A stretch of 47,476 nt of DNA from Deltaproteobacteria bacterium (GTDB lineage: Bacteria; Myxococcota; JACRCW01): assembly GCA_016218805.1 (NCBI GenBank), contig JACRCW010000090.1, positions 1 to 47,476 on the forward strand, in the 5' to 3' direction. Both the position numbers and the translations under genes were made by a program. The notes under the pieces are model-generated. The model was given only the letters and a program-made list of their open reading frames with translations. It was not told the origin of the DNA and made no database searches. Shown one piece after another: positions 1 to 9,431 of the stretch (the stretch's first letter is position 1; the number at the start of each line of letters is the position of its first letter).

Positions 1-94
1 CCACGGGCGCCTCCTGCTCCACGCGGTACAGCCCCGCCAGCCCTGACTGCAGCGTCTCCAGCGCCGCGGCGTGGGCCGCGTGCCCGCCGCTCAC
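1..94 (-). CDS. Hypothetical protein, 5' part only (runs off the left edge)
   Basis: GTG at 94-92 overlaps the TGA stop (93-91) of the upstream gene (GTGA coupling). The frame reads [31 protein letters not shown] with no stop to the window edge. Confidence 0.6.
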   Translation of the reverse strand, partial: MSGGHAAHAAALETLQSGLAGLYRVEQEAPV

Positions 95-711
95 TGCTCC
101 ACCCCGCCGGCAAAGATGATGCCCTGCCGGCGGAGCGCGCTCCCCAGGCGCGCGCTGCCCGTTTCCAGCCACCGCTCGTAGGTGCGCAGTACGTGCTTGG
201 CGGACTGCGCCAGACCCGCGTTGAGCTGCGCCATCTCCGCCAGCAGCTCCACCAGCCGCGCGAACTTCTCCGCCAGTTCACGGAACACGTCCCGCTGCAC
301 CTGCTGCTCACGGCCCGGCAGCGCCCCGGACAGCGCCGTGTACGCACCGCCGCCCATGCTCACGTAGTACCCCACGTCAACCCGGCGGGCCTCCAGCGCA
401 TCCTGGAAGAACCCGCCGATGTACAGGGAGGAATCCGCCAGGTGCCGCAGCAGCTTCACCCGCTCCTCGCCGGTGGCCTCGGCGGCGCGCGCCATCAGCT
501 CCACCAGCGGCACCAGGTCGCGCGTGCGCGCGTCCTCAGAGGGCAGGAACAACCGGTCCGCCTGGGCAAAATCACTGAGCAGGTTGACGACGTAAAACCC
601 CGCGCCGTCCGTCAACTCCACCCTGCGTGCGGCACACAACGCATCCAACTGCTCTTTGAAGTAGCCCGCCACGCTGCCATTCACGACGATGCTGCCACCC
701 TGACCGGACAT
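91..711 (-). CDS. Conserved hypothetical protein (206 aa), divergent from groES
   Basis: ATG with an AGGAGG-type RBS at about 722-728 on the minus strand. Globular-looking sequence with D-x-x-L-Y-x-x-G-F-F and YY-x-x-MG-x-x-AY segments. Function not recognised. Confidence 0.8.
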   Translation of the reverse strand: MSGQGGSIVVNGSVAGYFKEQLDALCAARRVELTDGAGFYVVNLLSDFAQADRLFLPSEDARTRDLVPLVELMARAAEATGEERVKLLRHLADSSLYIGGFFQDALEARRVDVGYYVSMGGGAYTALSGALPGREQQVQRDVFRELAEKFARLVELLAEMAQLNAGLAQSAKHVLRTYERWLETGSARLGSALRRQGIIFAGGVEQ

Positions 712-1048
712 CCCGCCTTCACCTCCTTGAACCTCCCGCTTGGCCGCGGGGGTGCTTCCAAGACCTCGTCACGCGCCGCATGGGCGCTGGCGGAAGGCTA
801 CCAAGCCGAAGATCTTTCTTCCATTCGCAAGTCTTTGATAATTCTTGAATATCCTGTGCCACTTTGCAGCACACCCGTCTGCGCGGCATTCTGTGCGCGC
901 CATCACCAGCGTGAAAACGAGCGCAAACAGTCGAAAATATGCGAACGGAAGTCAAAGCGGTCGATCGGTCATGTCAACAGTGATTGGCTGCCAGCGCTCA
1001 TGATCTCTTGCCATCGGTGGCAGTCGACCCCACCCGGCGGCGCTCCTC

Positions 1049-1054
1049 TTGACA
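1049..1054 (+). promoter_or_regulatory. Putative sigma70 -35 hexamer (TTGACA) for groES-groEL
   Basis: Perfect TTGACA 6 nt upstream of the CIRCE element. The matching -10 would fall inside CIRCE and is not clear. Confidence 0.5.
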
Positions 1055-1060
1055 GAGTGA

Positions 1061-1087
1061 TTGGCACTCACCAATTGGGACTGCTAA
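1061..1087 (+). promoter_or_regulatory. CIRCE element (HrcA operator)
   Basis: TTGGCACTC-N9-GACTGCTAA versus the consensus TTAGCACTC-N9-GAGTGCTAA (one mismatch per arm), about 60 nt upstream of groES. Confidence 0.9.
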
Positions 1088-1149
1088 CAGGGCACCCCCC
1101 ATTTGGATCCGCGCCCGGCACCGCTGGGCGGGACCGCAAGGAGCAAACC

Positions 1150-1437
1150 ATGAAGATCCGTCCGCTGCAGGACCGCGTGCTCGTCAAGCGCATCACTGAG
1201 GAAGACAAGACCAAGGGTGGCATCATCATCCCGGACACCGCCAAGGAGAAGCCGCAGCAGGCCAAGGTGGTGGCCGTGGGCAACGGCAAGATCCTGGAGA
1301 ACGGCACGGTGCGTCCGCTGGACGTGAAGGCCGGCGACACCATCCTGTTTGGCAAGTACAGCGGCAGCGAGGTCAAGATTGACGGCGAGGAGCACCTGAT
1401 CCTCCGCGAAGAGGACATCCTGGGCGTGCTGTCCTGA
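1150..1437 (+). CDS. groES: Co-chaperonin GroES (95 aa)
   Basis: [14 protein letters not shown]...[14 protein letters not shown]...VAVGNG...[33 protein letters not shown] at 1138-1143. The true start is internal to the 193..1437 ORF. Confidence 0.99.
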   Translation: MKIRPLQDRVLVKRITEEDKTKGGIIIPDTAKEKPQQAKVVAVGNGKILENGTVRPLDVKAGDTILFGKYSGSEVKIDGEEHLILREEDILGVLS

Positions 1438-1522
1438 ACCGCGCCGCGCGCTCCCACGACTTTCCCAGACAGATGACCGGCGGGCGGACGCCCGCCTGTA
1501 CGCTTTCCCAAGGAGTATGAAC

Positions 1523-3160
<1,638 letters not shown>

Positions 3161-3191
3161 TTGCGCCCGCCCCCGCGGCGTGGTGACAACG

Positions 3192-3238
3192 CAAGCCCCC
3201 GGCCGGAGATGGTTCCTGCCGGGGGCTTGGTGTTTGTT
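3192..3238 (+). terminator. Intrinsic terminator-like hairpin between convergent groEL and the S8 protease
   Basis: 12-bp perfect stem CAAGCCCCCGGC (3192-3203) / GCCGGGGGCTTG (3218-3229), followed by GTGTTTGTT. Confidence 0.75.
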
Positions 3239-3243
3239 GCGGC

Positions 3244-5757
3244 TCAGCGACGACGGCGGCGGCCAAGGAACGCGGCGACAGCCACGCACAGCGCCGGCGG
3301 CAGACCCCCACCGGCCGACGAGCACCCGGCGGTGGCTTCATCCGGCGCATGCGGCCGGCATTGCACCGTCAGCGTGTATGCGGCGCCGGCCGCTTCCGGG
3401 TCCACGCCCACGAGGTACACGCCCCCCGCGAGGTTGTTGGCCCGCAGCTCCGACGAGGCGCCCGCCGCGACGAGGTTGTCCTGCAGCACCTCCGTGCCCG
3501 CGCCATCCAGCAGCCACGCGTGCACGCCAGCGGACGTCTCCAGGATGACGACGAGATCGTCCTTGTCGCGGATGTCCAGGCGGAAGAAGTCACGGTCATG
3601 GGCCACCAGCGCCGTGGTGGTCCCGCACGCAAGCCCCGCCGCCTGGGTGGGGTCGTTGTTGGGTTCCAGTGCGTCTTCGGCTGGCGGCGTGCCGCCGGGG
3701 TTGGCGCCCGCAGGTGTGCACCGCACGTCCAGGCGATAGGTGGCCGACGCCGCGCCCGGCGTGACCAGCAACGCCAGCCGCGCGCCCTGCGAGGTGTACC
3801 GCACCGTGCGCGCAGTGCCGGACGATTGCGCGACGATGCCGCCCTGCCCCGGCCCCGCCGCCATCTGCAGCCCAAGGTCCGGCCCGTCCGAGGTGAGCGT
3901 GCCCTCAATCACGGTACCGGCGGCGGCGGTCAGGGCGAACCAGTCCTGGTTGCCCGGCGCCGACACTCCGTCCACACCGGCGCCGCAGTTGACCGGTGAG
4001 GCTGACGCGAAGTCGTTGTTGGGCTCGCTGCCGTCCTCAGGCAGCGGCGTGGAACCGGCGGGAAGCTGGCAGTCCAGGCGCAGCGTGTAGTCGCCCGTGG
4101 CGGAATCATACGGGCGCACCAGGATGCCCACCGCGCCGCCCATGGCCGTGTAGTCCGCGGTCTCGTGCGCCGTCTCGCTCTCAGACCGGGCGACAATGCC
4201 GGCGGAGTAGGGGCTGCGCGTGAGGTACAGGTCCAGGTCACCAGCGGAGCCCACGCCGTCCAGCACGACGTGGAGCACCGTGCCCGCGGGGACGGAAAGG
4301 CGGAACCAGTCTTCGTCCCCGCTGGCCGCGTGCGCGCTGACCGCGGAGCCGCAACTGATGGCGGCGCCGGCATCCCAGCTGTTGTTGGGTTCAAACGGAT
4401 CCGTTCCGGTGGGCGGTGTGGTGCCGCCGCCCGACGAGGACGACGACGACGAGGAAGACGTGGAGGAGCCGCCGCCCGCCACCGCGGCGAGCAGCGTATC
4501 CGCGCGCACGGCCACCTTCCCCTGGCAGTTGGCGCACGCGGCGCCCGTCTGCTGCATGAGTGACACAATCTCCGCGCGCGTGGCCGCCGGGCGCACCGCC
4601 TGCACCAGCGAGATGATGCCCGTGACGTGGGGCGCCGCCATGGAGGTGCCCTCGTAGTACGCGTACTCGTTGGTACCGGGTCCCAACGCCGACAGGATGC
4701 CGTTGCGCTCGCCCTGGGACATGTCGCCCCCCGGCGCCACGATGCCGATCTCACTGCCGAACGACGAGTACGCGGTCAGCGGGCGGGTGCTGCCCGGCCC
4801 GTGCGCCGCCACGGCGACCGCCCCGCTGCAGTTGGCCGGGCTGCCCACCGCGCCGCCGTCATTGCCGGACGCCACCACGAACACCACGCCGCGCGCGTTG
4901 ATTGCGTCAATCACTTCCTGTTCATAGCTGCTGCACGCGCCGTAGCCGCCGAGGCTCAGGTTCATCACGGACACCTGGTCCCCGCCGAGGGCCGGCACGC
5001 CCTGCACCGCCATCCCGGCCAGCCACGCCGCGCCCTCCAGGATGTCTGACAGGGACCCGCCGCACCGGCCCATGGCGCGCACGGTGACCAGGCGCGCGCC
5101 CCAGTTGAGCCCGGCAATGCCCGCGCTGTTGTTGGTGGCTGCCAGGATGGTGCCGGAAACATGGGTGCCATGGAAGCTGGACGGCTCAAAGCCCTGCCCG
5201 CAATCCGCGCCGTCGCCGGGGTCGTTGTAGTCGGCGTCGCGCCCGTCGCCGTCGTTGGCAATGTCGGTGTCGGAGATGAAGTCGTACCCGGCCTGGTCCT
5301 TGGAAGACAGTTCCTGGTGCTGGCGGATGATGCCGGTGTCCACCACGCCCACGCGCTGATCCGCAGTTCCCGTGGTGACGTCCCAGGCGGCCTCCATTCC
5401 CAGCGCGCCCAGGTCCCACTGCAGGTCAACGTGCGGGTCCGTGGCGGTGGCAAACGGCCGGTACCAACGGTCGGCCACGGCGCCGACGACACCGGGGTCC
5501 GCGGCGAGCCGGCGAATCAGCGCCGCGGTGTCGTCCTCGGTGGGCGCGGCCTTGGCGTCACCTGCGGGGCGCACCTGGTAAAGGCTCCAACCCAGCAGCA
5601 GCGGGCGCACCGGGCGCAGCGCCACGCCCGAGGTCTTCTCCACCAGTGCTTCCGTGCCCGCGGCGGCCAGCCGCACAATGGCGCGGCCGGCGACCTGCTG
5701 GCGCGGGGCGGCAGCTGCGAGCGAACTGACCAGGACCAGGGCAACGGCGAGAACCAT
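3244..5757 (-). CDS. Secreted S8 (subtilisin-like) serine peptidase with C-terminal PPC-like domains and MYXO-CTERM-like anchor (837 aa)
   Basis: Catalytic motifs VGVVDTG, HGTHVSG and GTSMAAPHV. Repeated EPNN/DxDWF modules. Tail GCSSAGG...hydrophobic...RRRRR. Signal peptide after ATG 5757 with GGAGG RBS. Confidence 0.93.
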   Translation of the reverse strand: MVLAVALVLVSSLAAAAPRQQVAGRAIVRLAAAGTEALVEKTSGVALRPVRPLLLGWSLYQVRPAGDAKAAPTEDDTAALIRRLAADPGVVGAVADRWYRPFATATDPHVDLQWDLGALGMEAAWDVTTGTADQRVGVVDTGIIRQHQELSSKDQAGYDFISDTDIANDGDGRDADYNDPGDGADCGQGFEPSSFHGTHVSGTILAATNNSAGIAGLNWGARLVTVRAMGRCGGSLSDILEGAAWLAGMAVQGVPALGGDQVSVMNLSLGGYGACSSYEQEVIDAINARGVVFVVASGNDGGAVGSPANCSGAVAVAAHGPGSTRPLTAYSSFGSEIGIVAPGGDMSQGERNGILSALGPGTNEYAYYEGTSMAAPHVTGIISLVQAVRPAATRAEIVSLMQQTGAACANCQGKVAVRADTLLAAVAGGGSSTSSSSSSSSSGGGTTPPTGTDPFEPNNSWDAGAAISCGSAVSAHAASGDEDWFRLSVPAGTVLHVVLDGVGSAGDLDLYLTRSPYSAGIVARSESETAHETADYTAMGGAVGILVRPYDSATGDYTLRLDCQLPAGSTPLPEDGSEPNNDFASASPVNCGAGVDGVSAPGNQDWFALTAAAGTVIEGTLTSDGPDLGLQMAAGPGQGGIVAQSSGTARTVRYTSQGARLALLVTPGAASATYRLDVRCTPAGANPGGTPPAEDALEPNNDPTQAAGLACGTTTALVAHDRDFFRLDIRDKDDLVVILETSAGVHAWLLDGAGTEVLQDNLVAAGASSELRANNLAGGVYLVGVDPEAAGAAYTLTVQCRPHAPDEATAGCSSAGGGLPPALCVAVAAFLGRRRRR

Positions 5758-5937
5758 GGGCGCGCCTCCACGTGGCAGGTGGAAGCGTGGCGGTCCGCCC
5801 GGGGTGCGCCAATGGGCGACCGGCGGATGCTCCAAGGTGGGATACGGGGAAGGGAGGGGAAATTCCGCTGTGTCCACGGGAAGAAAGCGCGGTCACGCGG
5901 GAGGGTCGGTTGATCGGCGGACGCCGCCGCGCGGCCG

Positions 5938-6633
5938 TCACTGCAGCGCGGTGAGCGTGATGTTGCCCTTCTTGGTGGCCACTTCAACGGTCACGTCGTC
6001 ACCGTTGCCCAGGTCACCCTGGACGGCCTGCGGGTGTGTGACGCCGTTGGTGAGCGGCAGGTCCACCACGTCAATGCTGCCGTCGTCCGTGGCGGCCTTC
6101 ACCGTGGCGTTCAGCGTGGCGGGGATCTCCACAACGATGTCCCCGTCCTCCGAGGCGACCTGGAGCTTGCGGCCGTCCTCGTCACTGCAATCCGCGCTCA
6201 GGCTGGTGGAGACATGGATGTTCCCCTTTTGCGTGGCCACCTGCGCGCCCACGGCCATCCCCACCACGTCAATGTTCCCTTCGGAGGCGGCAACCTGCAG
6301 GAGGAGGTTGGACGGGACAATGAGCTCCACGCCGCGGTCCGCGCCGTCCCACTGACCGGCAATCTGCAGCGTGTCATCGCCCTGGATGGCAACGAGCTGG
6401 CCCTGCATCTCTTCCCCGGCGGGCTGCAGCGGCACGACGGTCACTTCCGTGGCTCCGTCGCGACCGATGACCACGACGCGGCCACCGTCCACCGCCAGCT
6501 CCAGGTGCAGCAGGCCCGCTGCGGGGAACTCCGTGCGTTCCGAGATGAACTTCACCGCGCCGCCGAAGTCACCACCGCACGCCATGATGGACGCCACCGC
6601 CAAGCCCAGTCCCAGCACCGCGATCCTGTTCAT
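5938..6633 (-). CDS. Lipoprotein with beta-strand repeats (DUF4097/putative adhesin-like, 231 aa)
   Basis: Lipobox IMAC. Repeated V-A-[ST]-x-x-G-[NDS]-I-x-V units (ASEGNIDV, TQKGNIHV, SEDGDIVV, TDDGSIDV, TKKGNITL). AGGAGG RBS. Confidence 0.8.
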   Translation of the reverse strand: MNRIAVLGLGLAVASIMACGGDFGGAVKFISERTEFPAAGLLHLELAVDGGRVVVIGRDGATEVTVVPLQPAGEEMQGQLVAIQGDDTLQIAGQWDGADRGVELIVPSNLLLQVAASEGNIDVVGMAVGAQVATQKGNIHVSTSLSADCSDEDGRKLQVASEDGDIVVEIPATLNATVKAATDDGSIDVVDLPLTNGVTHPQAVQGDLGNGDDVTVEVATKKGNITLTALQ

Positions 6634-6823
6634 TGCTGCCTCCTGTGTGACGCGGGAGCAGAGCAAGGCGCGCGCCACGCCGCCGCGCGCGGTGGAACGC
6701 GGAGTTCCCGCACGCAGGCGTGGCGCCGCGTTGACAGCTGTGAACCACGGCTGACGCCCGAGGCGCCGGCCGCGGTTGTTGCCGCGGCGGGGACGCGTGC
6801 CTGCGCGTGCTAGAGGGCGGCCC

Positions 6824-7693
6824 ATGCAGACGGTGCTGGAAGAGTTGGTGAAGCTGCTGGCGCTGGAACGGATTGAGGAGAACCTGTTCCGCGGGCAGTC
6901 GCAGGACCTGGGCTGGGGAACGGTGTTCGGCGGACAGGTGCTGGGGCAGGCGCTGTCCGCCGCGGTGCGCACGGTGCCGCCTGAGCGGCTGGTGCACTCG
7001 CTGCAGGCGTATTTCCTCCGCCCCGGCGGCGTGACCGCGCCCATTGTCTACGACGTGGATCGCATCCGCGATGGATCATCTTTCACCACGCGCAAGGTGG
7101 TGGCCATCCAGCACGGCCGGGCCATCTTCAACCTGGCAGCAAGCTTCCAGAAGCCGGAGGAGGGTCTTGAACACCAGGACCTGATGCCGGAGGTGCCGCC
7201 ACCGGAAGCGGTCCCCACGGAGCAGGAGCGGCTGGCCGCGCACGCGCAGAAGCTCCCTGAGCCCATCCGCGAACGGGCGCTGGCAGCGCGACCGTTTGAG
7301 ATGCGTGCGGTGGAGGACGACGATCCGGTGCAGCCGGCGTCCCAGCCGCCGCGGCGCGCCGTGTGGCTGCGCACCACCCACCAGCTCCCGGATGATCCGG
7401 GCGTGCACCACGCGCTGCTCGCGTACGCGTCGGACTACTCGTTCCTGACGACGTCACTGCGGCCGCACGGCGTCAACTGGCTCACCCCGGGCATGCAGGT
7501 GGCCAGCCTGGACCACGTCATGTGGTTCCACCCGCCCTTCCGCGCGGACGAGTGGCTGCTGCACGTGATGGAGAGCCCGCGCGCCACGGGTGCACGCGGC
7601 CTGGTGCGGGGGCGGGTGTTCTCGCGCGACGGGCGGTTGGTGGCGACGACCGCCCAGGAAGGGCTGATCCGCCGTCACCCTCTGTCACCGTGA
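6824..7693 (+). CDS. tesB: Acyl-CoA thioesterase II (289 aa)
   Basis: VFGGQVLGQAL, VHSLQAYFLRPG, RDGSSFTTR, LLAYASDY, ASLDHVMWFH, QEGLIR. Confidence 0.95.
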   Translation: MQTVLEELVKLLALERIEENLFRGQSQDLGWGTVFGGQVLGQALSAAVRTVPPERLVHSLQAYFLRPGGVTAPIVYDVDRIRDGSSFTTRKVVAIQHGRAIFNLAASFQKPEEGLEHQDLMPEVPPPEAVPTEQERLAAHAQKLPEPIRERALAARPFEMRAVEDDDPVQPASQPPRRAVWLRTTHQLPDDPGVHHALLAYASDYSFLTTSLRPHGVNWLTPGMQVASLDHVMWFHPPFRADEWLLHVMESPRATGARGLVRGRVFSRDGRLVATTAQEGLIRRHPLSP

Positions 7694-7804
7694 CCGCCAG
7701 CCTTTGCCCGGCGCCGCGGGCTTGACGTGGGCACCGACGTCAGAAACGCTGGCGCGGCCGCCGCCCCCCCTCCGGTGGATTCCGGCGGCACCCGGGCAAA
7801 ATCC

Positions 7805-9427
7805 ATGGCCAAGCACTCCCACCGTCCCAGGCACAAGGGCACGCGCCCAAAGCTCCCCGCGTTCGTCGCACCGCTCGCCTCGCTGGAATTCCACCCGCCG
7901 GACACGGCGGTCCTGCAGGCGCTCGTCGATCTTGAGGACGCGTTCGGGTTTGTGTTCCCGGCCGAGGCCCGGCGCGCGCTGGTGGGCCAGCACGCGTTCA
8001 CGCTGCAGGGCGGCGGCATGGAACCGCTGCGTGGCGACGCTCTGCGACGGCTCAACGGGCTGGCTCCCGGGTCAGCTGCCGACGCCACGGCCTGGGCAAC
8101 CAGCCGGCTGGGGTTGTTGGTGGTTGCCGCGGATGACGCCGGCAATCGGCTGTGCCTGGACGTGCTGGATCCGTCCGGCGCGGCGCCGGTGTACCTGTGC
8201 ACGGCGCGCATGGGCCTGGCGGCCTCCGCCACGCCCGCGTTCCCGTGCGGGACAGACCTGTTGCACGCATGGGCGCTGTACACGGCGGGCGCGGAAGCAC
8301 GGCAGGCCGCGGAGGACGTGGAGCGGCTGGGCCGCGAGCTGGAAGCGCTGCGCAAGCGCCGCCCGTCCGTGACGGCGGGCCGGGACGAAGCGCTGGCGCG
8401 GCTGCAGGCGGCGTTTGGCGGTGCGCGCGAGGCGGACACCGGGCCCGCGCCGACGGCGGAGGACGAGAGCCGCATGGCCGGCGAGCTGGAGGCCGCGCGC
8501 GAAAAGCACAAGCGGCTGTGGATGCCGTTCATGGAGCAGTTCAGCCGCTGGCCGGTGTACTGGCGTCTGCTGTGGAACGGACCCAACAGCCTCACGTTCC
8601 AGACGGAGGTGCTGGACCAGCCGCTGGTGGACGCGTGGCGCAACGTATTCCCGCTGGCGGGCCACCTGGTGGAGGGACGGGTGGAGGCGCTCCGCTCGGA
8701 GCTGACCCAGCGGGAACCGCGTGGGCGGGCCGCGCTGGCGTTTGCCGAGGCGCACCTCAAGGTGGGTGACGAGGCGGCCGCGCGGGCCGCGCTGGCCGCG
8801 TGGGATGCCGCAGGCCTGGGACCGCGCCCGGCGCGCGCGCGCCGCCTGCTGGACACCACCGCCCCCGCCACGGCGCCCACCGGCGACACCGACGTGCCGG
8901 TGGACTGGCCCGCCGAGCTGCAGCTCTCCCGCAAGGCGGCGGACCGGTTTCTTTCTGCGGTGGGCGCGCAGTTTGCGCACGACCTGCGGCACCACGGCAC
9001 CACCAACGTGCTGGGCGCCACCAAGGCCGCCGTGCGCAAGGACGCGCACGGCAGGAACATTGTGGAGGCGGGGCTGGGGCACGTGCCGTTGGAGGTCCGC
9101 AAGGCGCTGTTTGAGGGGCGCCCGGTGGAGCTGCCGCATGAGTTCCTGCGCGCGCTCAACCGCGAACTCACGCGGCGCCTGCACCAACCGGGGCGCGCGG
9201 TGGACCGCGTGCTCACGCGCCTGCGGCTGGTGGTGGAGCGCCACGTGAACGCGCGCACGCCGCTGGTGGTCCCGCACGTGGGCGCCTTCCGCGTGAAGAA
9301 TGAGCCCGCGCCCAACGGGCAGAGCCGTTTCTACCTGTTGTTTGACCCGGCGCCCGCGCTGGTGGCCGCGGCACAGCACCACGTGGTGCATGAGGTCAGC
9401 ACGCGCCTGGACGACGCGGTGTTCTGA
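7805..9427 (+). CDS. Hypothetical multidomain protein: SMI1/KNR4 (SUKH)-like N-terminus, coiled/TPR-like middle, HU/IHF-like C-terminal region
   Basis: LEDAFGFVFPAEARRAL and LVVAADDAGNRLCLD resemble SUKH motifs. LSRKAADRFLSAV and LVVPHVGAFRVK...LLFDPAPALVAA resemble HU. The start could be GTG 7727. Confidence 0.7.
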   Translation: MAKHSHRPRHKGTRPKLPAFVAPLASLEFHPPDTAVLQALVDLEDAFGFVFPAEARRALVGQHAFTLQGGGMEPLRGDALRRLNGLAPGSAADATAWATSRLGLLVVAADDAGNRLCLDVLDPSGAAPVYLCTARMGLAASATPAFPCGTDLLHAWALYTAGAEARQAAEDVERLGRELEALRKRRPSVTAGRDEALARLQAAFGGAREADTGPAPTAEDESRMAGELEAAREKHKRLWMPFMEQFSRWPVYWRLLWNGPNSLTFQTEVLDQPLVDAWRNVFPLAGHLVEGRVEALRSELTQREPRGRAALAFAEAHLKVGDEAAARAALAAWDAAGLGPRPARARRLLDTTAPATAPTGDTDVPVDWPAELQLSRKAADRFLSAVGAQFAHDLRHHGTTNVLGATKAAVRKDAHGRNIVEAGLGHVPLEVRKALFEGRPVELPHEFLRALNRELTRRLHQPGRAVDRVLTRLRLVVERHVNARTPLVVPHVGAFRVKNEPAPNGQSRFYLLFDPAPALVAAAQHHVVHEVSTRLDDAVF

Positions 9428-9431
9428 ACCC

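Noticed and set aside
800..1000. AT-richer stretch upstream of groES as a possible ncRNA or mobile-element end
   Set aside because: There is no recognisable RNA structure, terminal repeat or recombinase gene. It is adequately explained as a divergent promoter region.
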